Below, one piece after another: positions 28,074 to 36,693 of a DNA stretch of 64,000 bases. The notes beneath the pieces were generated by a model. That model saw nothing but the letters and a program-made list of their open reading frames with translations, searched no databases and was not told where the DNA came from. Location: NCBI GenBank assembly GCA_016930075.1, contig JAFGHS010000050.1, positions 32,872 to 96,871 on the forward strand, written 5' to 3'. How positions within the stretch are numbered: position 1 is the first letter of the stretch; every line of letters begins with the position of its first letter. The stretch is from Deltaproteobacteria bacterium. GTDB taxonomy: Bacteria; Desulfobacterota; Syntrophia; Syntrophales; JAFGHS01. A program made the position numbers and the translations under genes.

Positions 28074-29450
28074 TTATTGCAATCGCGTTTTCTCATCCCA
28101 TTCCCACTTCACACGGGGTGAGGCGGTCCATTCTTTTTTTATCTGTTCAGCGGTCCAGTTGTAGCGATGCTTGGGATGGAACTGGTCGTATGCCGTTTCC
28201 CAGCTCTTCCCTTCAGCCAGCGCCTTCTTGATCAAATTAACGCGCCGCGCCGATTCTGCTCTAACCAGATTAAACCACCAACTGTATTGCGAGGTGATCT
28301 TCGGATCGGCGAACTTGTTCAGCGTCGCCTGGGTTTCATCCCACTGCTGCTGGGTTACGCCGTGCTTGAGCACATACCTTTTGCCGCCTTCGACGGCCGC
28401 CTTTTTGAGTTTTTCATATTCTGCCGGATACTTTGTGGCAATGCCGACGTCAGTGACCCCATGTTGATTGATCAGACGATATATATTTAACTTTTGCATG
28501 CAAAGGCCTTCGTATGTACCGGTCCAGCTCATCAGGTCGAAGGCGTCGAGGATAATTCTTTTGTAGTTCTCGTGCAATGAATTCCACTTGTCCCGGTTCA
28601 TGTAGATCTGAAAATAGTGAATCCCGACGGAATCAGGCGGATAAATCGGCATATTGAGGTAGTATTTGCCACCCTCATAAAATCTGTAATCATGAAACAG
28701 GCCGATGCTCGAACTGATGACATTGATCGATCCGTTATAAAAGGCCATGTATGTTTCGCCGAATGACTTCATGACCGGCGTGCCGCCCCATGCGGCGATA
28801 TAGGCGTTGGAAAGTTCCCCATAACTCCAAATTTTCTTGCCTCTGAGTTCTTTCATGGATTTGATCCTGGTTTTCGACCAGTAATCCCAGTTGCCCATAT
28901 TGGCGCTAACGAGGGGTTTCAAATTCCATTTTCCCTTGGCCAGCCGATCCTCCAACTCATACCATTCTTTACTGCAGGCCAATGCCATGAGGTGTTCGGG
29001 GTTTTTCCAGACATAACCGATAATCCAGGGGGCATAGCCGTTTTCTCGTGACATCAGTAGGCCCTTGTTGATGCCTCCGACATGAACGGTGCCGATGGGA
29101 ATAACTTTTGGCAGGTCATTGCTTTTGTACAATGACCCGTATCGATGGAGGTCGAATTTGATTTTTCCCTTGCTTTCCGCTTCGATAAGTTTGACAAGAT
29201 TGACGACCAGGACATCGCCGAGGCTGTTATGTACACCGTCGCCGGCATAAACCAGCGTGACCGGCGCCAGTCCGTCGACGTTATGACCGAACAGCTCCCT
29301 TGTATCCCTCGTAGACTCATTGGCCGTCGTTTTGGCAGGTCCTTTTTTAACCGCGTTAGCTTTTTGGGGCGCCGCAATGCTGAAAGTGGCGGTTCCCATA
29401 AAAAGCAATAAGGACAGTGTTAAAATAATACACATCTTTGTTTTCTTCAT
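28074..29450 (-). CDS. Periplasmic solute-binding protein, DctP/TRAP-like (orphan, extended C-terminus)
   Basis: 458 aa with a signal peptide (…FSIAAPQ). The central region follows the DctP pattern (IKSMKELRGKKIW...GGTPVMKSFGETYMAFYNGSIN...YEGGKYY). No dctQ/M genes are adjacent. Confidence 0.5.
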   Translation of the reverse strand: MKKTKMCIILTLSLLLFMGTATFSIAAPQKANAVKKGPAKTTANESTRDTRELFGHNVDGLAPVTLVYAGDGVHNSLGDVLVVNLVKLIEAESKGKIKFDLHRYGSLYKSNDLPKVIPIGTVHVGGINKGLLMSRENGYAPWIIGYVWKNPEHLMALACSKEWYELEDRLAKGKWNLKPLVSANMGNWDYWSKTRIKSMKELRGKKIWSYGELSNAYIAAWGGTPVMKSFGETYMAFYNGSINVISSSIGLFHDYRFYEGGKYYLNMPIYPPDSVGIHYFQIYMNRDKWNSLHENYKRIILDAFDLMSWTGTYEGLCMQKLNIYRLINQHGVTDVGIATKYPAEYEKLKKAAVEGGKRYVLKHGVTQQQWDETQATLNKFADPKITSQYSWWFNLVRAESARRVNLIKKALAEGKSWETAYDQFHPKHRYNWTAEQIKKEWTASPRVKWEWDEKTRLQ

Positions 29451-29821
29451 GTCATCCTCCTTAATATATAGTTAATTTCTTCGTGAAAGTCTCTTTCCCA
29501 ATGGATAACAAACGTAAACGAACGGAACTCACAAGGGATATCCGACTCAACGCAGATGCTTGTTATGACAGGGGGTAAATTTTTTTGACTTTTACGAGAT
29601 TATCAATGTTAACCGTCTTAACAGATTAAAACCTGTGATGGAAAAGAATGAATCCAGTCTAAAATTTGCCTAAACTCTGTCTGAAATCCTCTATTTACTG
29701 CAATACATTGTTTGCAAGTCATATGCCATGATAGAGAATCCGTGGGGGTGATAATAACGTCATATAGTTATTTATGAAATTCAATTTTTGGAAAAACAGC
29801 AGACCAATGAATAGGCAAATT

Positions 29822-29869
29822 CGTTTAACGTATTGTTAAACGCAGAGTAAGGATTTAACGATACGTTAA
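29822..29869. promoter_or_regulatory. Two TTAACG-type palindromes (candidate operator pair)
   Basis: CGTTTAACgtatTGTTAAACG (29822-29842) and TTAACGataCGTTAA (29855-29869) lie in the divergent spacer, ~70-115 nt upstream of the -35 box at 29937. Confidence 0.3.
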
Positions 29870-29936
29870 GCCGGCAAATGCATGGAGATACCCTTAAAAG
29901 CGCTCATCATTCAAGACTTCTCAGACAGGATTTATT

Positions 29937-29966
29937 TTGACATTGTGTTTCATTTCTTTCTATACT
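29937..29966 (+). promoter_or_regulatory. Sigma70-type promoter upstream of the VOC-family gene
   Basis: TTGACA (29937-29942), an 18-nt spacer, then TATACT (29961-29966), 107 nt before ATG 30073. Confidence 0.5.
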
Positions 29967-30017
29967 GGTCGCATCCCAATCCCGGGTCCGTCAGGAAAGA
30001 ATCGATATCTGATATTT

Positions 30018-30047
30018 CCGGATACCCGATCGCATCCGGAATGACGG
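30018..30047. repeat. Dispersed repeat family D (…CCGGAATGACRGG type), copy in the VOC leader
   Basis: CCGGATACCCGATCGCATCCGGAATGACGG is a hairpin plus GGAATGAC tail. It is related to copies at 40085-40116, 43358-43437 and 62852-62985. Confidence 0.5.
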
Positions 30048-30072
30048 GAAAAAGTTTAGGAGGTTATCGTTT

Positions 30073-30663
30073 ATGGAGCCGTTGATTTTGCGCATCGACC
30101 ATGTTTCTCTTGCCGTCCGGGATTATGAAAAGGCGGAGAAGTTTTTCCGTACAATCCTGGGAGGGATACCGGGGACGGCAGCCGAAGATCCGGGGATGAA
30201 GTATATCTGGCAGATGTTTTCCCTGGGAGACTTGAGCCGATTTGAATTGATGAGACCGACAGGGAAGGGCAGCTTTCTCGACAACTTCCTGGCGGACAGG
30301 GAGGGCGGCGTTCACCACGTTACCGTGCAGACGCCGGACATTGAGAAAGCCAAAAACATCCTGACGCAAAACGGCATTCCCTACTTCGGCTATAACGAAT
30401 ACAAGGACGCCTACTGGAAAGAGCTTTTCATCCATCCCCGCCATGCCTTCGGCGTCCTGATCCAGATCGCCGAGTTCAACGCCCCCGACTGGCTCTCCGA
30501 CGAGGTCAACCTTCCGAAGGGGCGGCGCTGGACCATCGAGAAGGCTAGCGGCGGAATCCGTCTCGATCTTGCCCATCCCGGCGGCGGCAGGCTCAAAATG
30601 GAGCTGACCAAAGAAGAAGCCAAAAAACTCATCAAAGATTTGGAAGAAGGCATCAAGTCGTGA
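30073..30663 (+). CDS. VOC (glyoxalase/bleomycin-resistance/dioxygenase) superfamily protein
   Basis: 196 aa. IDHVSLAVRDYEKAEKFF is the typical VOC N-terminal beta-alpha-beta module, and GGVHHVTVQTPDIEKA is a second module. The 225-aa antisense ORF 30064-30741 has no recognisable motifs. Confidence 0.7.
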   Translation: MEPLILRIDHVSLAVRDYEKAEKFFRTILGGIPGTAAEDPGMKYIWQMFSLGDLSRFELMRPTGKGSFLDNFLADREGGVHHVTVQTPDIEKAKNILTQNGIPYFGYNEYKDAYWKELFIHPRHAFGVLIQIAEFNAPDWLSDEVNLPKGRRWTIEKASGGIRLDLAHPGGGRLKMELTKEEAKKLIKDLEEGIKS

Positions 30664-30664
30664 A

Positions 30665-30706
30665 AAATATTTGGGGGACAAATTTGAAATATGTCCCCCA
30701 AATATT
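30665..30706. repeat. Palindromic element family A, variant copy between convergent VOC and tex genes
   Basis: AAATATTTGGGGGACAAATTTGAAATATGTCCCCCAAATATT is a 42-nt palindrome with one arm mismatch. It lies 2 nt after the VOC stop and 32 nt after the tex stop, so a bidirectional terminator role is plausible. Confidence 0.65.
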
Positions 30707-30737
30707 GATTTAAAATTTATCCCCAATATTTTGCCTC

Positions 30738-33083
30738 TCAACGTTTCCGGAAGGCCTCGGCGAAGGGATTGTTGAATGGTTTGGGCGGTTCCTTCTTAGG
30801 GACAGATTTGAAATCTTTCCCTCCCTTCCTGTCGTCGCGTTGTGGCGGCTTACCCGTCGCAGATTGGGATTTGGGGACAGATTTCAAATCTGTCCCCAAA
30901 CGGTGCAAACCGTTGGCATCGGCCTGTTGATCCGTTGCGGCCTTTTCGCCCGGCGTCTTTTTCATGGAGAGGGAAATCCGCTTCCTTTCCACATCGACGG
31001 CGAGCACCGTCACTTCCACCTTCTGGCTTACTTTCACCACATCCCCCGGCGATTTGATGAACCGGTCGGCCATCTCGCTTACGTGGACCAGGCCGTCCTG
31101 ATGGACGCCGATATCGACAAAAGCGCCGAAGGCCGTAATGTTCGTCACAATGCCGTTGAGCGTCATGCCCACGATGAGGTCCTCGATCTTTTCGACTCCC
31201 TCGGCGAAAATGACATTTTCAAATTGCTCCCGCGGGTCCCGCCCCGGCTTAGCCAGCTCGGCCATAATGTCCCGGAGGGTCGGAAGGCCGATCTTTTCGG
31301 TCGCATAGTTTGTCAGGACGATCTTTTGCCGGCGTGCCTCATCCTGGATAAGATCCATCACGGAACAGCCCTGATCCTGCGCCATCTTTTCGACGACGGA
31401 ATAGCTCTCCGGGTGGACGGCGCTTGTATCGAGGATATTTTCGCTTCCCCGCACGCGAAGGAAGCCTGCGGCCTGCTCGAAGGCCTTTGCCCCGAGGCGG
31501 CGGACTTTCTTGAGTTCCTCCCGGTTTTTGAACGGCCCGTTTTCGTCACGGTGCTTGACGACGTTTTCCGCCAGGGCTGGTCCCATGCCCGATACGTAAG
31601 ACAGGAGCTGGGCGCTCGCCGTGTTGACCTCGACGCCGACGGCATTGACAGAGCTTACCACGATGTCTTCGAGGCAGCGCTGTAATTCGTCCTGATCCAC
31701 GTCATGCTGATACTGGCCGACGCCGATGGATTTTGGTTCGATCTTGACGAGTTCCGCCAGGGGGTCCATCAAGCGCCGGCCGATGGAGACGGCCCCGCGC
31801 ACGGTGATATCATGATCGGGGAATTCATCCCGCGCCGCCTTGGAGGCGGAATAAATGGACGCACCGCTTTCATTGACCATAATGACGGGGATGCTTTGCG
31901 GCAGATCGAGGGTGCGGAGAAAGGCCTCCGTCTCACGGCCGGCCGTGCCGTTCCCCACGGCGATGGCTTCGATGCCGAATTTTCCGCATAAGGTTCTGAC
32001 TGTCCGGGCTGCTTCTTCGCGGCCCCTTTCGGAAAGAAGAGGGAAGATAGTTTCATGGTGGAGAAGCTTTCCCTGACGATCCAGGCAAACGGTCTTGCAG
32101 CCCGTGCGGAAACCGGGATCGACGGCCAGAACAGCCTTCTGCCCTAAGGGCGGCGCGAGGAGGAGCTGGCGAAGATTATCGGCAAACACCCGGATGGCGG
32201 TCTCGTCGGCCCGCTTCTTGGTGGTGAGGCGGGTTTCCGTCTCCATGGAGAGGGCAAGCAGGCGTTTGTAGCTGTCATGAACGGCCAGCTTCACCTGCTC
32301 CGCCGCTTCATTTGTGCTTTTCACGAAAAGGTCTTCCAGAATCTTCAGGGCCTCTTCTTCCGGCGGCGTCATGCGCAGGGTCAGGAATTCCTCCCGCTCA
32401 CCCCGGCGCATCGCCAGGACGCGGTGGGACGGCGCGGCGGCAACGGCCTCTTCCCATTCGTAATAATCCTTGTACTTGATCCCCTCCGCTTCCTTATCCC
32501 GTGCAACCTTTGACCGGATGACGCCGTGGTCGAAAAACAGGGTCCGCATCTGCGCCCGTGCTTCCTGGTCTTCGTTCACCCATTCGGCGATAATATCCCG
32601 CGCCCCGGCCAGGGCTTCATCAATCGACGCGACACCCAGCTCTTCATTGATAAAACCTGCGGCCTCTGCCCCGCAATCCATGTCTGCCTGGGCGAAGATT
32701 TTAAGCGCCAGGGGCTCCAGGCCCTTTTCTTTGGCGATGGTTGCCCGCGTGCGGCGTTTCGGGCGGAAGGGCAGGTAGATGTCTTCAAGGACCGACATGG
32801 TTTCCGCAGCGGCGATCTTTGCCGCCAACTCTTCCGTCAGGAGGTTGCGTTCCGTCAGAGACTTGATGATGGCGTCACGCCGCGCTTCCAGTTCCTCCAG
32901 TTGCAGCAGGCGATCCCGGATGCTTGTAATAACGACTTCATCAAGGGAGCCCGTCGCTTCCTTCCGGTAGCGGGCGATAAAGGGCACTGTCGCCCCTTCG
33001 TCAATCATCTGGGCCGTATCGGCCACCTGTTTGCCCGTCAGGCTGAGTTCTCCGGCAATCTTTTCGTATCTCAGTTCGTTCAT
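30738..33083 (-). CDS. tex: Transcription accessory protein Tex (S1 RNA-binding domain protein)
   Basis: Carries the N-terminal TVPFIARYRKEATG motif, YqgF/HhH core, and C-terminal S1 domain (GMTLNGIVTNITAFGAFVDIG...RISLSMK). The tail FNNPFAEAFRKR resembles the E. coli YhgF C-terminus. The start is placed at ATG 33083 (AAGGAT RBS); the ORF extends to 33125. Confidence 0.9.
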   Translation of the reverse strand: MNELRYEKIAGELSLTGKQVADTAQMIDEGATVPFIARYRKEATGSLDEVVITSIRDRLLQLEELEARRDAIIKSLTERNLLTEELAAKIAAAETMSVLEDIYLPFRPKRRTRATIAKEKGLEPLALKIFAQADMDCGAEAAGFINEELGVASIDEALAGARDIIAEWVNEDQEARAQMRTLFFDHGVIRSKVARDKEAEGIKYKDYYEWEEAVAAAPSHRVLAMRRGEREEFLTLRMTPPEEEALKILEDLFVKSTNEAAEQVKLAVHDSYKRLLALSMETETRLTTKKRADETAIRVFADNLRQLLLAPPLGQKAVLAVDPGFRTGCKTVCLDRQGKLLHHETIFPLLSERGREEAARTVRTLCGKFGIEAIAVGNGTAGRETEAFLRTLDLPQSIPVIMVNESGASIYSASKAARDEFPDHDITVRGAVSIGRRLMDPLAELVKIEPKSIGVGQYQHDVDQDELQRCLEDIVVSSVNAVGVEVNTASAQLLSYVSGMGPALAENVVKHRDENGPFKNREELKKVRRLGAKAFEQAAGFLRVRGSENILDTSAVHPESYSVVEKMAQDQGCSVMDLIQDEARRQKIVLTNYATEKIGLPTLRDIMAELAKPGRDPREQFENVIFAEGVEKIEDLIVGMTLNGIVTNITAFGAFVDIGVHQDGLVHVSEMADRFIKSPGDVVKVSQKVEVTVLAVDVERKRISLSMKKTPGEKAATDQQADANGLHRLGTDLKSVPKSQSATGKPPQRDDRKGGKDFKSVPKKEPPKPFNNPFAEAFRKR
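30798..30822. repeat. Palindromic element family A, intragenic copy 1 (inside tex)
   Basis: AGGGACAGATTTGAAATCTTTCCCT has one arm mismatch and is translated on the minus strand as GKDFKSVP. Confidence 0.7.
30870..30900. repeat. Palindromic element family A, intragenic copy 2 (inside tex)
   Basis: TTTGGGGACAGATTTCAAATCTGTCCCCAAA has perfect arms and is translated on the minus strand as LGTDLKSVPK. Confidence 0.75.
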
Positions 33084-33452
33084 CGTGATCCTTTTTTGTT
33101 TTTGTGGAATCCGGGAGGCTATCACAAGCCACGAAGTAAATGCAATCGCCAGATTGACGGTGTTCAGAAAAATTATTTTGGAATATTTTACAAATAATCC
33201 TTGCTATTTATGAATTAACCCTGTACAAGGCGCCATGTGATCGCGATAGTTATTGACCTTCCCACCTTTCTTCTTCAGAAACTTCGGCAGGAAAATCCAG
33301 CTCATCGTAATAGAATCCAGCTATTGTGCAATGCTTGTAACCGGTCTTGCCGGTTGGGCATCAGTGTATGACGCGGTGCAACTTGAAAGCCGCAACGATT
33401 AGACATGGGTTCAAATGTCACGAATACTTAAATACAGAAGGAAAAAGAAGAA

Positions 33453-34742
33453 ATGAGTTTTGAGAAGTTTGCTTTAAACGCGAAATTAATTGCCGGCGTG
33501 CAATCCGCAGGATACACAACGCCGACGCCCATTCAACTAAAATCAATCCCGCCGATCATGGAAGGCCGCGATGTTATGGGGCTTGCCCAGACGGGCACGG
33601 GGAAAACGGCGGCCTTTGTGCTGCCCATCCTGCAGCGGCTCATGGCCGGTCCGCGCGGCCCGGTCCGCGCCCTGATCATCGCCCCGACGCGGGAATTGAG
33701 CGAACAGACCCATCAGGTCATCAGGCAGTTGGGCTGCAAGACGCAACTCCGCAGCACCTCCATCTACGGCGGCGTCAGCATGCAAGGACAGATCAAAAGA
33801 CTGCATGATCGTGTGGACATCATCTCCGCATGCCCCGGCCGTCTCCTGGATCACCTTGATCGCGGCACCGTGGATCTATCCCACATCGAGGTTCTGGTTC
33901 TGGATGAGGCCGATCATATGTTTGACATGGGCTTCCTGCCGGATGTCCGGAGAATTGTGAAGCGCCTTCCGGCAAAGCGTCAGACTCTGCTTTTCTCTGC
34001 CACCATGCCCGAAGACATCCAGATCCTGGCCAACGATCTCCTGCAAAATCCGCTGGAGATTAAAATCGGCCGCACAGCGCCCGTTGAGAGCGTTTCGCAT
34101 CGATTTTATCCGGTCCGGATGGAAACGAAAACCGACCTGCTGAAAGATATTCTCGACCATACTGAGACGGATTCCGTTCTGATCTTTACGCGGACGAAAT
34201 CGCGGGCGAAGAGCGTGGCGGGACAACTGGACAGATCAGGATATAAAGCGATTTCCCTGCACGGCAACCTGACGCAGCAAAAAAGACAGCAGGCCCTGGA
34301 CGGTTTCCGCGACGGCCGTTACGACATCATGGTTGCCACCGACATCGCCGCCCGCGGCATTGATGTGATGGGGATTTCGCATGTCATTAATTACGATATG
34401 CCGGCGACGACGGATGCCTACACCCATCGCATCGGCAGAACGGGCCGCGCCTCCCAAACGGGAGAAGCCTTTACGTTTGTGACCGGTCAGGATGTGAGCC
34501 TGGCGCACTCGCTGAAAAAGACCCTGGGAGACAAACTTGCTTATCATTGCATCGACGGACTGACCATTGCCATGCCGACGGTCCAGGTGGATGCTCCCGG
34601 CCGCAATCGCGGTGGGAGGGGCATGAAGCCGCAAAAAGGAAACGGCGGCGGCCGGTCATTTTCTTCTCCCAAGTCCTATGAAAGCAGAAAATCCAGACCG
34701 CGCTCTCTCCCATCCGCGGGCCGTCATTCATGGACCCATTGA
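33453..34742 (+). CDS. DEAD-box ATP-dependent RNA helicase (RhlE-like)
   Basis: 429 aa with the Q-motif, AQTGTGKT, PTRELS, DEAD, SAT and HRIGRTGR motifs, plus a basic Gly/Arg/Ser-rich C-terminal tail. Confidence 0.92.
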   Translation: MSFEKFALNAKLIAGVQSAGYTTPTPIQLKSIPPIMEGRDVMGLAQTGTGKTAAFVLPILQRLMAGPRGPVRALIIAPTRELSEQTHQVIRQLGCKTQLRSTSIYGGVSMQGQIKRLHDRVDIISACPGRLLDHLDRGTVDLSHIEVLVLDEADHMFDMGFLPDVRRIVKRLPAKRQTLLFSATMPEDIQILANDLLQNPLEIKIGRTAPVESVSHRFYPVRMETKTDLLKDILDHTETDSVLIFTRTKSRAKSVAGQLDRSGYKAISLHGNLTQQKRQQALDGFRDGRYDIMVATDIAARGIDVMGISHVINYDMPATTDAYTHRIGRTGRASQTGEAFTFVTGQDVSLAHSLKKTLGDKLAYHCIDGLTIAMPTVQVDAPGRNRGGRGMKPQKGNGGGRSFSSPKSYESRKSRPRSLPSAGRHSWTH

Positions 34743-34757
34743 TAGCTAAATAGAGCC

Positions 34758-35435
34758 TTACTGCTGCAACTGCACGAAGGCCCGGAGCTTGCCCATATTT
34801 TCCCTGAAGGCGGAGGCGACCTTCTCTTTACGGTCCTCCGCCCAATCGGGTTCCCAGCCCAAACCGACGTCTTCACCGACCAGAATAACGGCGATTTGCG
34901 TGACCCGCGGTTTTGCCTCGATGATCGTCGTGACCGTGCAGACCCTCATGGGAGATTTGCAGTCATTGCACTTGCCGCCCTCGACGGCGCAAGGCGTTTT
35001 GAGCCCTGCGATCTTTGCCATGGCCGGCGCTGTTGTTGTTTTTATGCGATTTAGGGCGGCGGTTACATCTCTGACGATCTTATTTATCCCGGCGACGACG
35101 ATGACCTGTTTAGGCCCGAAGATCATGGCCGATACGCGATTTCCCGTCATATCCGTATTCACCAGCTTGCCGTCCATGGTAATGGCGTTGCTGCTGGTCA
35201 GATAAACGTCCGGCTGCTTCCGCGTCATGTTGCCCCGCTTCACCAGTTCATCCGTAATGCCGAGCTGCATCAGCGACACGGAACCGCCGATGCCCACCTT
35301 CGCCTCCGGCGGGATCATGGCCAGAACGATCTTTGCGACGTCTTCGGCTTTCTCTACATATTCCACGGGATCAAAACGGTTTGACTTCAGGGCCTTGATG
35401 GTTGCCTGTACATCCTGTTCCATTGTTTCAGTCAT
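34758..35435 (-). CDS. LUD-domain (DUF162, LutC/YkgG-like) lactate-utilisation-family protein
   Basis: 225 aa. VGIGGSVSLMQLG, SSNAITMDGKLVN, GNRVSAMIFGPKQVIVVAGINKIV, and C-terminal TPC...GKCNDCKSPMRVC match my recollection of the family pattern. Confidence 0.75.
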   Translation of the reverse strand: MTETMEQDVQATIKALKSNRFDPVEYVEKAEDVAKIVLAMIPPEAKVGIGGSVSLMQLGITDELVKRGNMTRKQPDVYLTSSNAITMDGKLVNTDMTGNRVSAMIFGPKQVIVVAGINKIVRDVTAALNRIKTTTAPAMAKIAGLKTPCAVEGGKCNDCKSPMRVCTVTTIIEAKPRVTQIAVILVGEDVGLGWEPDWAEDRKEKVASAFRENMGKLRAFVQLQQ

Positions 35436-35473
35436 GGCAGACTCCTTTTCTTCATTGTGATGTCTGTAAGAGA

Positions 35474-35524
35474 TATGGGGACAGATTTGAAATCTGTCCC
35501 CATAGTAAATTTGTGTCCCCCAAA
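35474..35524. repeat. Palindromic element family A: perfect copy plus adjacent half copy
   Basis: TATGGGGACAGATTTGAAATCTGTCCCCATA (35474-35504) is followed by the half-site AAATTTGTGTCCCCCAAAAT (35507-35524). It lies 39 nt upstream of the LUD-gene start on the minus strand. Confidence 0.75.
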
Positions 35525-35622
35525 ATCCCTTAGCATTAATCCAAAACGATAGTCAACCTTATGGGTGCCAGAAGCGCTGTTGCAAGGCAAACCATACATT
35601 AAAAATCAAGGCTAAAATAATA

Positions 35623-35651
35623 TTGACAGTCGCGCAGGTTGTTTCTATAGT
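35623..35651 (+). promoter_or_regulatory. Near-consensus sigma70-type promoter upstream of the LLM oxidoreductase gene
   Basis: TTGACA (35623-35628), a 17-nt spacer, then TATAGT (35646-35651), the same hexamers as the dcw promoter. The leader is ~215 nt. Confidence 0.5.
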
Positions 35652-35699
35652 CCGGCCATCGAAGAATTTTTGCTAAGTACTTTGTTTCATAAGTCCAGT

Positions 35700-35785
35700 G
35701 TCATATCGACCGAAGGGAGATATCTGGTTGTAAATGTTTACCCATATAGATTTCTCATCCCGCTGAGGCGGGATTCGAAATGACA
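35700..35785. repeat. Dispersed repeat family C (~86-bp element), reverse orientation
   Basis: The reverse complement reads TGTCATTTCGAATCCCGCCTCAGCGGGATGAGAAATCT...AGATATCTCCCTTCGGTCGATATGAC. Both ends are near-identical to the copy at 39588-39673. Confidence 0.7.
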
Positions 35786-35868
35786 ATATGTATCGTTCGA
35801 AATAACAATGCATAACTGAATTTATGAATTTTTGCACTAAGCCATTTTCTAAACATGAGGCCCCCGGC

Positions 35869-36642
35869 ATGCCGATAAAAATCAGCGCCGAGTTGTCCCA
35901 CATCTGTCCCCTTGACGACATCAGGCGGCACGCAGCCGCGCTTGAACGCCTCGGTTATTTTCGGGTCTGGATTCCTGATACGCTGGTTTCCCCCTGGGAG
36001 GCATGGACGGCGGCAGGCATTGCCGTGCAGCATACAAACAGAATCCAGATCGGCGTTGGCGTCATGAACCCTTATACCCGCCACCCTGTCGTGGCCGCCC
36101 AGATGGCCGCAACCCTGCAACATTTAAGCGGCGGGCGGATGGCTGTATCCGTCGGCAAAGGCATCGGGCGGTTTCTGGAAAAAGCCGGAATCGAGCAGAA
36201 AGACAGGGCCGTTGAAGAATATATCAGTGTGCTGCGAAGATTGATCGCCGGCGAACGGACAAGTTTCCAGGGCAATGCGTTTCATCTGGACGGCATGCGC
36301 ATCAGGGTGCCGGCGCCGGAGAAGCCCGTTCCCGTCTATATGGCGGCCATCGGCGTCGATAGCTGGCAGTCGGCCATAGAGGCGGCCGACGGCGTGGAGA
36401 CGATCTGGAATGATAATATTATGGAGATCCGCAGTCAGGTCAGGCATGTGCGCACCCTCCCCACGGCAGTCCTGATGCCGTTTTCCGTCTCCCGGAGCGA
36501 TTTTTTCAAGGACCGGATTGTTTCCGCTGCCGACTTGCAGGACCGGATCTCCATCCTGGAGGAGACCGGATTTGATGAAGCGATTGTGGCTTACGGTGAT
36601 ATGGCCGATTTGAGCGAAGCCGTTTTGTTGCGTACCGGTTAG
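35869..36642 (+). CDS. LLM-class (luciferase-like) flavin/F420-dependent oxidoreductase, short form
   Basis: 257 aa from ATG 35869 (GAGG RBS). LERLGYFRVWIPDT, IQIGVGVMNPYTRHP and RMAVSVGKG resemble the luciferase-like monooxygenase family. Confidence 0.65.
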   Translation: MPIKISAELSHICPLDDIRRHAAALERLGYFRVWIPDTLVSPWEAWTAAGIAVQHTNRIQIGVGVMNPYTRHPVVAAQMAATLQHLSGGRMAVSVGKGIGRFLEKAGIEQKDRAVEEYISVLRRLIAGERTSFQGNAFHLDGMRIRVPAPEKPVPVYMAAIGVDSWQSAIEAADGVETIWNDNIMEIRSQVRHVRTLPTAVLMPFSVSRSDFFKDRIVSAADLQDRISILEETGFDEAIVAYGDMADLSEAVLLRTG

Positions 36643-36693
36643 ATGGCTGCCTGTTTTAGCCGGAATCGCGAGACCTTTGAAAAAAGGCCTTTT

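Noticed and set aside
30064-30741. 225-aa minus-strand ORF overlapping the VOC gene
   Set aside because: The plus-strand ORF has the VOC beta-alpha-beta-beta-beta signatures and a promoter/RBS context. The minus ORF would also overlap the tex 3' end and the palindromic element.
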